A DNA stretch of 64,000 nt from an uncultured Gammaproteobacteria bacterium (GTDB taxonomy: Bacteria > Pseudomonadota > Gammaproteobacteria > Steroidobacterales > GCA-2729495), in assembly GCA_963698405.1 (NCBI GenBank), contig CAVOQT010000009.1, positions 11,185 to 75,184 of the forward strand, read 5' to 3'. The notes beneath the pieces were generated by a model. That model ran no database searches, was not told the DNA's origin, and saw only the letters and a program-made list of their open reading frames with translations. The first letter of the stretch is position 1. Each line of letters starts with the position of its first letter. The position numbers and the translations under genes were made by a program. Positions 1 to 8,878 of the stretch are shown piece after piece.

Positions 1-1
1 C

Positions 2-898
2 GAGCTGCTGAACATGACCGGCAGCGTCAAGGACCGTATGGCGCTCTACATCCTGCGCCGCGCGATCGAACGCGGCGAACTGCAGGACGGTGCGGTAATC
101 GCCGAGGCCACCAGCGGCAACACCGGCATTTCATTTTCCGCCATCGGTCGGGCGCTCGGTCACCGGGTGCGCATCTACATGCCGGACTGGATGAGCTACG
201 AGCGTGTACAGCTCATGCATAACCTGGGCGCTGAAGTGGTGCCGGTATCCAAGGCACAGGGTGGATTCATCGGCGCCGTGAAGATGACACAGGAATACGC
301 TGCCGAACACGCCAACACCTTTCTGCCGCGGCAGTTCGATAATCCGGACAACGTGGAAGCACACGAAGTGATGACCGGCCCGGAAATCGAGGCACAACTG
401 CAGCAGTTTGGCGTCGCGGCCGATGCCTTTGTGGCCGGTGTCGGCACCGGCGGCACGGTGATGGGCGTGGGACGGCACCTGCGCAAGAGTGGCCGAAAGG
501 TGCGCATCCACCCGCTGGAGCCGGCCAACTCACCAACCATGAGCACCGGCAAGAAGGTCGGCTCACATCGCATTCAGGGCATCAGCGACGAGTTCATCCC
601 GTCCATCGTCAAGCTCGATGAACTCGACAGCGTGGTCGATGTCTGGGACGGCGATGCCATCCTGATGGCACAGTCGCTGGCACACCGGCTCGGCCTTGGC
701 CTCGGTATCTCATCGGGCGCCAACATCATCGGCGCGATGAAACTGGTGGAGGAACTGGGACCCGACGCGGTGGTCGTCACCGTACTGTGTGACTGCAACA
801 AGAAATACCTGTCTACGGCGCTCGCCAATGTCGAGCCGCCGCAGGAAGGCTACATCACGCCACAGGTACGCTTGCAGTCCTTTGCCAGCGTACGCTGA
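2..898 (+). CDS. cysteine synthase family PLP enzyme (CysK/CysM-like), 5'-truncated by window edge
   Basis: Frame is open from nt 2 ([12 protein letters not shown]...). It has the SVKDR PLP-lysine motif and a GNTGIS loop typical of fold-type II PLP cysteine synthases. Stop at 896-898. Confidence 0.8.
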   Translation, partial: ELLNMTGSVKDRMALYILRRAIERGELQDGAVIAEATSGNTGISFSAIGRALGHRVRIYMPDWMSYERVQLMHNLGAEVVPVSKAQGGFIGAVKMTQEYAAEHANTFLPRQFDNPDNVEAHEVMTGPEIEAQLQQFGVAADAFVAGVGTGGTVMGVGRHLRKSGRKVRIHPLEPANSPTMSTGKKVGSHRIQGISDEFIPSIVKLDELDSVVDVWDGDAILMAQSLAHRLGLGLGISSGANIIGAMKLVEELGPDAVVVTVLCDCNKKYLSTALANVEPPQEGYITPQVRLQSFASVR

Positions 899-904
899 GC
901 ATCG

Positions 905-1276
905 TCAACCGGCGGTCGTCACGTCCTCATAGACTTCATGCGAGTGGGCCGGCAACAGGTGCGGAAACAACTGCACACTGCGGGCCTTGGAAGCGCCGCG
1001 TGAAAACGCGATCCGGTCTGCAACGCTATCCCACTTTTCGACGATGACGAACTGCACGCCCTGCGGGCCATCCTCATGATGAGGATGCGCGGCCAGTTCC
1101 GCTGCCGGCGTCACGCGTCGGACTTCAGCCTCTACCGTACCCGGCCGGGCGCGATACACGTTGCGACCATGGAAACCCTTGGCCTCACGCATCAGGGGTT
1201 CGAGATCCTGATAGAACCGGGATACCTCGAGTTCATGGCCGGGCTTGACCAGCAGCGTAGCGATATAGGTCACCAT
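905..1276 (-). CDS. small ABM (antibiotic biosynthesis monooxygenase-like) domain protein
   Basis: The internal ATG at 1276 gives MVTYIATLLVKPGHELEVSRFYQDL...VIVEKWDSVADRIAF, an ABM-like pattern. The upstream part of listed ORF 905..1441 looks non-coding. Confidence 0.55.
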   Translation of the reverse strand: MVTYIATLLVKPGHELEVSRFYQDLEPLMREAKGFHGRNVYRARPGTVEAEVRRVTPAAELAAHPHHEDGPQGVQFVIVEKWDSVADRIAFSRGASKARSVQLFPHLLPAHSHEVYEDVTTAG

Positions 1277-1352
1277 CTCAATTCTTCTCCGACTGGGAGC
1301 ACCTTGCGGCGCAATGTTTTTATGGACAGAAAGTAGAATCCTGTCTGCAACC

Positions 1353-1751
1353 ATGCAAAATTGCAACCTGCCAACCAGGCCAACAACCATTGGAGCAACG
1401 CCATTGCGCGACAAACTGCTGCTACTCAAACCCGGCTTCATGGACCAGGATCAGGGCCCCTGCTACTGCCCGGCGTGCGCCACACTCGAAGGTCTGCTCG
1501 GTTTCTATCCACAACTGCGTGATGCACTGGATATCCAGTATCTGGATTTCCCGCGCCCGCGCGCCACGGTCATTGCCGAAATCGGCGCGGAAAATCAGGG
1601 ACTACCCGCACTGGTGCTGTATGCGCCGACACCTGCCGATGCACTGCACGGCCTGGATGTCAGGGAATGGAATGGGCGACGCTTTCTGAAAAACGCGGCT
1701 GATATCGGCCGCTACCTGGCAAGAACGCAGGGCATCGGCGAACCGCATTAG
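1353..1751 (+). CDS. DUF3088-like protein
   Basis: LLLLKPGFMDQDQGPCYCPACATLEGLLGFYPQLRDALDIQYLDFPRPR resembles the DUF3088 family pattern. Start placed at the ATG at 1353. Confidence 0.5.
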   Translation: MQNCNLPTRPTTIGATPLRDKLLLLKPGFMDQDQGPCYCPACATLEGLLGFYPQLRDALDIQYLDFPRPRATVIAEIGAENQGLPALVLYAPTPADALHGLDVREWNGRRFLKNAADIGRYLARTQGIGEPH

Positions 1752-1761
1752 AAACATCCCC

Positions 1762-1820
1762 GTAGGAGCGGCTTCAGCCGCGATTCTTTATATGGAAATC
1801 GCGGCTGAAGCCGCTCCTAC
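1762..1820. repeat. inverted pair of REP-like units (BIME-like), probable bidirectional terminator between convergent genes
   Basis: gtaggagcggcttcagccgcgatt (1762-1785) and its exact reverse complement aatcgcggctgaagccgctcctac (1797-1820) are separated by 11 nt. Each arm also holds an internal palindrome, gcggct-tc-agccgc. Confidence 0.65.
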
Positions 1821-1829
1821 AAGAGGTAT

Positions 1830-2720
1830 TTAGTCGCTGAAGCGCTGCGTGATGTCGGCGTAGGCATCGATGCGCCGGTCGCGCAGAAACGGCCAGCCGA
1901 TGCGGAAGGCTTCGATCTCATCCAGATCGAGTTTCAGTTCGACGATGGCTTCGGCATCAACCGGACCGCGCGCCAGAATGCGGCCATCCGGCGCTACGGC
2001 AAAACTCTGCCCCCAGAACTCGATACCACCGTCACCCGTCGGGTCCGGCTCGAAGCCGGTACGATTGATGGCCAGCACGAAGCAGCCGTTGGCAATCGCG
2101 TGCGCCCGCTGCGCGGTTTCCCAGGCGGCATGCTGACGTTCACCGACCCGGGCTTTTTCCTCGGGATGCCAGCCGATGGCAGTCGGATAGATCAGAACCT
2201 CGGCGCCTTTCAGTGCAGTGAGTCGCGCCGCCTCCGGATACCACTGGTCCCAGCAGATCAACACGCCGAGCTTCGCAGCACCGGTGGCAAATGCCTGAAA
2301 ACCGAGATCACCGGGCGTGAAATAGTATTTTTCGTAGTAACGCGGATCGTCTGGAATATGCATCTTGCGGTACTTGCCCGCATAGCCATTGCGCCCGTCG
2401 AGTACAGCCGCCGTATTGTGATACAGCCCCGCCGCACGCCGTTCGAACAGGCTGACGACGATTGACGCATCAAACTCGGCAGCCAGCGCCGCAAAGGCCT
2501 GCGTCGCTGGTCCCGGTACGGATTCAGCCAGTGCAAAGTGTGCGCTGTCCTCACTCTGACAAAAGTAGCGGCCAAGAAACAGTTCCGGCAGGCAAATCAG
2601 CTTTGCCCCGTTCTTTGCCGCCTGGCGCGTCATCTCCAGCGCTCGTGCGAGGTTGAGCTGCGGTTCCACCGCACAACGCATCTGGATCAGTGCCGCCGGA
2701 AGCTGTCGCTGTCCGCCCAT
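1830..2720 (-). CDS. aguB: N-carbamoylputrescine amidase (carbon-nitrogen hydrolase family)
   Basis: 296 aa with nitrilase-superfamily layout (ICLPELF..., LICWDQWYPE with catalytic Cys context). It starts 2 nt after the speA stop, in the same operon as agmatine-pathway genes. Confidence 0.8.
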   Translation of the reverse strand: MGGQRQLPAALIQMRCAVEPQLNLARALEMTRQAAKNGAKLICLPELFLGRYFCQSEDSAHFALAESVPGPATQAFAALAAEFDASIVVSLFERRAAGLYHNTAAVLDGRNGYAGKYRKMHIPDDPRYYEKYYFTPGDLGFQAFATGAAKLGVLICWDQWYPEAARLTALKGAEVLIYPTAIGWHPEEKARVGERQHAAWETAQRAHAIANGCFVLAINRTGFEPDPTGDGGIEFWGQSFAVAPDGRILARGPVDAEAIVELKLDLDEIEAFRIGWPFLRDRRIDAYADITQRFSD

Positions 2721-2722
2721 CG

Positions 2723-4735
2723 CTACACCCGTTCCCGGCTTGCCGGCGGTGCGCCGTTGCGGGCATCACAGTAGGTGGTGCTGTTGAAGCAGGCCACATA
2801 CTGCGCAAGGATATCCATGCCCATGCTCGGGCGGACCTGCCCTGCATCGATCTTGCGCTTGACGATATCGCTCATGCGCCGACTGAGATCATTCGGAAAA
2901 TACTGCACCTGGGCCAGCATCTCATGCACAGTCGCACCGGGAATCACCCGCTCGATCCAGAAATTGTCGGGCTCTTCGGCATCGGCATAGACATGCACTT
3001 CAGGCACGCGGCCGAACAGGTTGTGCGTATCGCCCATGATGTCCTGATAGGCCCCCATCAGGAAAAAACCCAGATAGTAGGGCTGACCGTCTTCCAGCGA
3101 ATGCACGGGCAGGAAGCTCTTGTCGTCCAGCGCTGAAATGTAATGACTGACCTTGCCATCTGAATCACAGGTCAGATCGACCAGTACCGCACGACGCTCC
3201 GGCTTCTCGTCCAGGCGGTCGATCGGAATGATCGGAAATGACTGGTCGATGGCCCAGTGATCGAGGATCGACTGGAACACCGAGAAATCGCAGAGATAGC
3301 GGTCAGTCAGCTTCTCCTCCAGGTCGAGCACCTCGGCCGGTGTCGGATCGATTTCAGCAGGACGCAGGCGCGCCAGCAGCTCCCGGGCGATCGACCAGTA
3401 CAGTTCTTCGACCACCGCCAGTTGATCCAGCCCGAGGTAGCCCAGACTGAACAGCGTACTGGCCTCGATCCGGACTTCTTCGATATCGTGACATGCCTCG
3501 ATCAGTTCCTCAGGCTCACGGTCCGGATTTCGCACATTGTCGAGGATCTTCTTCAGTGACTCGATCGCAGCATGCGGCTCGGCAGGCAACTCACGCTGCG
3601 CTGTACCGTTGCGGCGATGCCCTTCCAGCACCGGCACCAGCAATACGGAGTGATGCGCAGTGATCGCACGACCACTTTCGGAGACGATGATCGGCGTGGG
3701 CACTTCCTGTGCGTCGCACACTTCCTTGATCGCAAATACCACCGCGTTTGCGTACTCCTGCAGTCCGTAGTTCACGCCGGCTTCGCCGCGCGCGTGACCG
3801 GCACCGTAGCTCACGCCGAGACCACCACCGATATCGATGTATTTGATGCCGATACCCTGCTTGATCAGCGAGGCATAGATCTGCGTGATCTCCTTGAGCG
3901 CACGCTTGAGCACCTGGATGTCGATGATCTGGCTACCGATATGAAAATGCAGCAAGGCCAGCGCTTCAGGCTTGCCGCGCCGTTCGATCTCGGCAACCAG
4001 CCGCACCAGCTCTGGCACCGACAGGCCAAATTTTGAACGCGCACCACCTGACTCCGACCAGCGCCCTGAGCCACGAGTGGCAAGGCGCACCCGCACACCA
4101 AGCCTGGGCGTCAGCCCATGGGCATCAGCGACTTCAAGCAGCGCCTCGAATTCCGAGTATTTCTCCATGACCGGAATGACGTTGAGACCGAGCCGCTGCG
4201 CCGACAGGATCAGCGACAGCATGGTCCGGTCCTTGACGCCATTGCAGACCAGCAGCATGCCCTCCTCAGTCAGGTGCGGCAGACAGGCGATCAGCTCACC
4301 CTTGGAACCGCACTCGAGACCCATGCCGTACTTGCGACCGGCGTCGAGCACTTCTTCGACCACCTCGTGCAGCTGGTTGACCTTGATCGGATAAACGCCG
4401 TTGTAGCGGTTACCGTAGTTCGCTTCCTCGATGGCTGCCGCGAAGGCCTCGTTGAGCATGCGCACCCGCGCCTGCAGCACGTCCTGAAAGCGAACCAGCA
4501 CCGGGGAACCGACCGCACGTCGCTCGAGTTCCTCGATCAGACGCACGAAATCGATGGACAGGCGCTCGTCGCCAAACGGCCAAACCGATGCATGACCGTG
4601 CTCATTGATCGTAAAGAAGGAATCGCCCCAGGACTCCACGCGATACAGTTCGGCAGACGCTTCGGGCGTCCAGCCAGCCTGCTCGCCGACGGGGGATGCA
4701 GCACTATCGACCACTTCAGTTGCCACTCCGGTCAT
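2723..4735 (-). CDS. speA: biosynthetic arginine decarboxylase
   Basis: Start MTGVATEVV...WTPEASAELYRVESWGDSFFTINEHGH is the typical SpeA N-terminus, and YPIKVNQ is the PLP-lysine motif. The ATG at 4735 overlaps the stop of the upstream gene (ATGA). The listed ORF extends to 5023 but that extension looks non-coding. Confidence 0.9.
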   Translation of the reverse strand: MTGVATEVVDSAASPVGEQAGWTPEASAELYRVESWGDSFFTINEHGHASVWPFGDERLSIDFVRLIEELERRAVGSPVLVRFQDVLQARVRMLNEAFAAAIEEANYGNRYNGVYPIKVNQLHEVVEEVLDAGRKYGMGLECGSKGELIACLPHLTEEGMLLVCNGVKDRTMLSLILSAQRLGLNVIPVMEKYSEFEALLEVADAHGLTPRLGVRVRLATRGSGRWSESGGARSKFGLSVPELVRLVAEIERRGKPEALALLHFHIGSQIIDIQVLKRALKEITQIYASLIKQGIGIKYIDIGGGLGVSYGAGHARGEAGVNYGLQEYANAVVFAIKEVCDAQEVPTPIIVSESGRAITAHHSVLLVPVLEGHRRNGTAQRELPAEPHAAIESLKKILDNVRNPDREPEELIEACHDIEEVRIEASTLFSLGYLGLDQLAVVEELYWSIARELLARLRPAEIDPTPAEVLDLEEKLTDRYLCDFSVFQSILDHWAIDQSFPIIPIDRLDEKPERRAVLVDLTCDSDGKVSHYISALDDKSFLPVHSLEDGQPYYLGFFLMGAYQDIMGDTHNLFGRVPEVHVYADAEEPDNFWIERVIPGATVHEMLAQVQYFPNDLSRRMSDIVKRKIDAGQVRPSMGMDILAQYVACFNSTTYCDARNGAPPASRERV

Positions 4736-5703
4736 TCGCCCAGCACACAGGCAAATATCAATGGGGCGACGATGGTCGCGTCGGACTCGATGATGAACTT
4801 CGGGGTATCGGCAGACAGTTTGCCCCAGGTGATCTTTTCGTTCGGCACCGCACCGGAGTACGAGCCATAGCTCGTTGTGGAATCGCTGATCTGGCAGAAG
4901 TATCCCCAGCGCGGAATATCGCGGATCTGCAGGTCCTGCTCGATCATCGGCACCACGCAGATCGGGAAATCGCCGGCGATACCGCCGCCGATCTGGAAAA
5001 AACCGATGGAATGCTGGTAGCACTCCGACTGATACCAGCGCGCCAGTTCGATCATGTACTCGATGCCGGTACGCACCGTATGCACATTCTTTATGTCACC
5101 GGTGATCACATGCGAACTGTAGATATTGCCGAGTGTCGAATCTTCCCAGCCCGGCACGAAGATCGGCAGGTTCTTTTCGCAGGCCGCCAGCAGCCAGCTG
5201 TCTTTCGGGTCGATCTGGTAATACTGCTTCAGCACGCCCGAGCGCAGGATGCGATAGAAAAATTCGTGCGGAAAATAGCGCTCGCCACTGCGGTCAGCAC
5301 GGGTCCATTCATCGAGCACCGCGTGCTCGATCCGCCGGATCGCCTCCTCCTCGGGAATGCAGGTATCCGTCACCCGGTTCAGATGACGGGCCAGCAGGGC
5401 CTCTTCATCTGCAGCCGTCAGGTGCCGGTACTGCGGAATACGCACATAGTGATCGTGCGCGACCAGGTTGAAGACGTCTTCCTCAAGATTGGCACCCGTA
5501 CAGCAGATCGCATGGACCTTGCCACGCCGGATCATCTCGGCCAGCGACAGCCCGAGCTCACCGGTACTCATGGCACCAGCCAGCGTCATGAACATCAGAC
5601 CGCCAGCGTCCAGATGCCGACCATAGGCGTCCGCAGCGTCGATCAGCGCCGCGCTGTTGAAGTGCCGGAAATGATGATGAACAAACCTGCTGATTTCAGC
5701 CAT
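4732..5703 (-). CDS. deoxyhypusine synthase-like protein (possible homospermidine synthase-type polyamine enzyme)
   Basis: MAEISRFVHHHFRHFNSAALIDAADAYGRHL...AICCTGANLEEDVFNL matches the DHS family pattern. It is translationally coupled to speA. ATG at 5703 preferred over the TTG at 5712. Confidence 0.75.
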   Translation of the reverse strand: MAEISRFVHHHFRHFNSAALIDAADAYGRHLDAGGLMFMTLAGAMSTGELGLSLAEMIRRGKVHAICCTGANLEEDVFNLVAHDHYVRIPQYRHLTAADEEALLARHLNRVTDTCIPEEEAIRRIEHAVLDEWTRADRSGERYFPHEFFYRILRSGVLKQYYQIDPKDSWLLAACEKNLPIFVPGWEDSTLGNIYSSHVITGDIKNVHTVRTGIEYMIELARWYQSECYQHSIGFFQIGGGIAGDFPICVVPMIEQDLQIRDIPRWGYFCQISDSTTSYGSYSGAVPNEKITWGKLSADTPKFIIESDATIVAPLIFACVLGE

Positions 5704-5850
5704 TGGTACCAACCATTGAGTGGGAACGTAACAGCCCCGGGAGTCCCGGCTGTGCGGAGGGCGAAAGAATAAGGTTTAGGGGCGCGGGGAACAACCGTAA
5801 ATTTGCACCGGTGGGCAATGGCGCAAGGCCAGGCCGCCTGCGGGCCGGCA

Positions 5851-6912
5851 TCACTCCGGCGCGACAGGCACCTGCTGGGTCAGGCAGTGGAAGGTGCCGA
5901 GACCCACCACCACCTCGCGGCAGTCGAGGCTGACTATCCGCCGGCCGGGGAAGCAGCGGGCGAGAATCGCGGCGGCCTCCTCGTCAGCGGGGCAGTTGAA
6001 GGTCGGCAACAGGACCACCCGGTTGCCGACATAGAAATTGGCGTAGCTGGCGGGCAGGCGCTCAGTGCCGCGCCAGACAGGCGCCGGCATGGGCAACTCG
6101 ACGACGCGCAGCGGCCGACCATCGAGCAGACAAACCGCTGCCAGGCGCTCACGGTTTTCCTGCAGAGCGACGTAGTTCGGGTCAGCCGGATCCTGCTCCA
6201 TGACAGTCACTACCTGATCCTCGGCGACGAAACGCGTCAGGTCATCGATATGACCGTCAGTGTCGTCGCCTACGATCCCGTCGCCAAGCCAGATCACCTG
6301 GGTGACGCCAAATTGCGCCTTCAGCTGCGCTTCGATGGCGGCCTTGTCAAGCGTCGGATTACGGTTCTCATTGAGCAGGCACTGCTCCGTCGTAAGCAGG
6401 GCACCCGCACCGTTTACATCGATCGAGCCCCCCTCGAGCACCATCGGCAGGTGTCGCACGGGGATACCGAGCACGCCAGCCATATGCTGTGGAATCGCAT
6501 TATCCAGATCGTATGGCGGGTACTTGCCACCCCAGGCGTTGTATTCGAAATCCAGCGCCAGCAGCCGATCTCCGTGCGGCGCGCGGCGCGTCACGAAAAT
6601 GGCACCGTGGTCCCTGCACCAGGCGTCGTTGGTGGGAAACTGGTGAATGGTCACACGCTCCGGCGGCACCCGCCCCGCCAGCAGCTTTTGCACGTGATAG
6701 CCATGCGCTGCATCACGGACATTGATGCGTACCGGTTCGCTGAATGCCAGGGCACCGACCGCCTCGGCCATGGTGCGCTCTACACCCGGCAAGTGGCCCG
6801 GCCAGGTCGCAGTGTTATGTGGCCAGGAAATCCATGTCGCCTGATGCTGCGACCACTCGGCCGGCATACGGTATGCACCGCCATCAGGTGCGCCCTGCAA
6901 TTTCCCTTCCAT
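5851..6912 (-). CDS. aguA: agmatine deiminase
   Basis: YRMPAEWSQHQATWISWPH... and the C-terminal GTFHCLTQQVP (catalytic Cys) are typical of agmatine deiminase/porphyromonas-type PAD. The ATG at 6912 has an AGGAAG SD 7 nt upstream. Confidence 0.85.
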   Translation of the reverse strand: MEGKLQGAPDGGAYRMPAEWSQHQATWISWPHNTATWPGHLPGVERTMAEAVGALAFSEPVRINVRDAAHGYHVQKLLAGRVPPERVTIHQFPTNDAWCRDHGAIFVTRRAPHGDRLLALDFEYNAWGGKYPPYDLDNAIPQHMAGVLGIPVRHLPMVLEGGSIDVNGAGALLTTEQCLLNENRNPTLDKAAIEAQLKAQFGVTQVIWLGDGIVGDDTDGHIDDLTRFVAEDQVVTVMEQDPADPNYVALQENRERLAAVCLLDGRPLRVVELPMPAPVWRGTERLPASYANFYVGNRVVLLPTFNCPADEEAAAILARCFPGRRIVSLDCREVVVGLGTFHCLTQQVPVAPE

Positions 6913-6944
6913 GGAGCCGCTTCCTGCCCGGCAGATACCGCAAC

Positions 6945-7388
6945 TCAAGTGGTACGGATAGACAGCACCGGACAGGCGGCATGGCGCAACACCGCTTCGG
7001 TGGTGCTACCCAGAAGCAGATGCTTCAAACCGCTGTACCCATGCGTAGTCATGACCACCATGCTGGCCTTGTGCGCCCCCGCATAGCTGACGATTTCATC
7101 CGACGGGCGGCCCACCAGCACCGCACCTTTGGCAGTCAGGCCCAGCGCAGCAATACTGTCGCGGACAAAGGCATCAAGGCGGATACGGGCGGAAGTCGTC
7201 AGTTCCTCGATGGACGGGATGGGTACCGGCCCCATATCCAGCGTGGCATAAATCTGCGGCTCCTCCACTACATAGATGCAGTGCACTTCGGCTTTCAGCT
7301 GCTCAGCCATCTGCTGGACCCAGCTGACAGCCGACTTCGACCGCGGCGAGAAGTCTGTCGGGAAGACAATGATGTTTTTTCCGGCCAT
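6945..7388 (-). CDS. universal stress protein (UspA family)
   Basis: 147 aa: MAGKNIIVFPTDFSPRSKSAV...MTTHGYSGLKHLLLGSTTEAVLRHAACPVLSIR, with the canonical Usp ATP-binding G-2x-G-9x-G(S/T) region. Confidence 0.85.
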   Translation of the reverse strand: MAGKNIIVFPTDFSPRSKSAVSWVQQMAEQLKAEVHCIYVVEEPQIYATLDMGPVPIPSIEELTTSARIRLDAFVRDSIAALGLTAKGAVLVGRPSDEIVSYAGAHKASMVVMTTHGYSGLKHLLLGSTTEAVLRHAACPVLSIRTT

Positions 7389-7480
7389 GAAGCGAATCTC
7401 CCTGCATGCTGGGTTGAAGAACCCTGCTCAGCTCTTATTTAGCAGCATCTGCCATGCAAGGGAATACGTACAAACGAATA

Positions 7481-7513
7481 GCTGCGCCCGGACACTGAAT
7501 GCCCGGGCGCAGC
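7481..7513 (-). terminator. hairpin downstream of the PXPV/His-rich gene
   Basis: gctgcgcccgg-N11-ccgggcgcagc perfect 11-bp stem, 15 nt after the stop at 7529. On the minus strand it is followed by tattcgttt. Confidence 0.45.
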
Positions 7514-7528
7514 GCAAGCTGGCAATCT

Positions 7529-7858
7529 TCAGTCGTCACCGTGCCTGCGGTCGTGCCGTCCACCATCCCGCCGGTCGTAGTCACCATCATGCCGACCCTT
7601 ATGATGACGGTAGTGATGACGATGGTGATGACGGTGGTGGCGCCCGCCCGCCCGGTAGGGCTGACCATATGCGGGCGGCGGGGCGTAACTGTAAACCGGA
7701 GCCGGATACCAGGCCACCGGCGCCGGGCGAATATAGCCACCACCCCAAATGACATCCACGCCGAGCCGGACCTGCGGTTCAGAGTGCCCGGCCTGGGCGA
7801 CGGAAACGCAGGCCAGACCGGGCAGAAGGGCGGCCAGAAACAGACTTTTGCGCAACAT
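7529..7858 (-). CDS. small secreted PXPV-repeat / histidine-arginine-rich protein
   Basis: Clear Sec signal MLRKSLFLAALLPGLACVSVAQA|G. Then PAPV..PAPV..APPPAY repeats and the tail GRHHRHHHRHHYRHHKGRHDGDYDRRDGGRHDRRHGDD. GC3-rich codons and a GAGG upstream of the ATG. Confidence 0.6.
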   Translation of the reverse strand: MLRKSLFLAALLPGLACVSVAQAGHSEPQVRLGVDVIWGGGYIRPAPVAWYPAPVYSYAPPPAYGQPYRAGGRHHRHHHRHHYRHHKGRHDGDYDRRDGGRHDRRHGDD

Positions 7859-8032
7859 GAGAACTGACCTCGGTGCTGATGAATTGATGACAGGCTCAGG
7901 GTATGCAGACGGCCTGAATCAGAACTGAATCGATATCGAAGCCGCCATCCTGAGCAGCACCGCACAGCATCGAAATTCCGCAACGCGCAAACTGCCGAAA
8001 ATCCGTTCTGTGTCTGTCAAAGGGCAGCCTTG

Positions 8033-8878
8033 ATGACCACCAATACCGAGCTGTTCCGCTTCCTGCAGAAGCTGGTCAACGACATGTACGAGGACCTGGA
8101 GCTGCCCGGATTTCCGGACGTGGTGGTCCGTCTGCACCGAACCCTCGCCGATGAAAACAGCAGTGCACGCGATATCGTTCGCCTGGTGAGTTCTGATGCG
8201 GCGCTGAGCGCCAGACTGCTGCACCTGGCCAACTCGGTCGCCTTCAATCCCGGCAACCGCGCTGTCAGTGACCTCAAGACTGCCGTCACGCTGCTTGGTT
8301 TCAGCCTGGTACGCGGTACCGCTACATCATTTGCCATGCGCCAGATCGGGCAGCAGCCGTGGCTGCTGCCACTTAAACCGCATCTGACCCGTATCTGGCA
8401 GGACAGCACCGGTGTCGCTGCGATCTGCTACATCGGGGCACGACATATAGATGGCATGCGCCCTGATGAAGCGCTCGCTGCCGGACTCTTTCACCAGCTC
8501 GGCACCCTGTATGTACTGACACGCGCGCATCGCGAGGGCATCGCCATTGGCAACACCAGCGAATGGACCGAGACGATCGCCGGCTGGACACCGACCATCG
8601 CCCGGGCAATCCTGGAAAACTGGCGTGTGCCCGAACATTTAACCGATGCGGTAGAGCATCAGGATGCGCTCAGCCGGGAAGATCCCGGTGAACTGTCGCT
8701 GCTGGCCCGCCTGCTGGCTGCCGCGAAACTCCATCAGCAGCTGCAGAACCCGCAAGCTGACCACGCCAGCGCACAGGCGATCCTCACCGATGTGAAGTTC
8801 GGCACGCTGTCCTTTCTGGAAATGATGCAGTCGACCCGCGATGAGGTCGAAGCAGTGCGGCGCGTAATTGGCCAGTAA
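8033..8878 (+). CDS. HDOD domain protein (stand-alone)
   Basis: LPGFPDVVVRLHRTLADENSSARDIVRLVSSDAALSARLLHLANSVAFN...GLFHQLGTLYVL is an HDOD signature. 281 aa with no other recognisable domain. Confidence 0.8.
   Translation: MTTNTELFRFLQKLVNDMYEDLELPGFPDVVVRLHRTLADENSSARDIVRLVSSDAALSARLLHLANSVAFNPGNRAVSDLKTAVTLLGFSLVRGTATSFAMRQIGQQPWLLPLKPHLTRIWQDSTGVAAICYIGARHIDGMRPDEALAAGLFHQLGTLYVLTRAHREGIAIGNTSEWTETIAGWTPTIARAILENWRVPEHLTDAVEHQDALSREDPGELSLLARLLAAAKLHQQLQNPQADHASAQAILTDVKFGTLSFLEMMQSTRDEVEAVRRVIGQ

Noticed and set aside
2723-5023. The 766-aa version of speA as listed, and similar N-terminal extensions of fliR (38845), fliA (44907), fleN (44167), flhF (42969), fliH (31347), fliI (32026), fliE (28399) and fdxA (60808).
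   Set aside because: The extensions overlap the preceding gene and are Arg/Pro-rich. Conserved N-termini and SD sequences or coupled ATGA/TGATG junctions support the shorter starts given in the features.
7276-7867. Plus-strand ORFs 7276..7752 (158 aa) and 7499..7867 (122 aa) overlapping the His-rich gene.
   Set aside because: The minus-strand frame has a canonical signal peptide, an SD, GC3-biased codons and a downstream hairpin. The plus-strand translations are low-complexity mirrors (VVT/MTV repeats).
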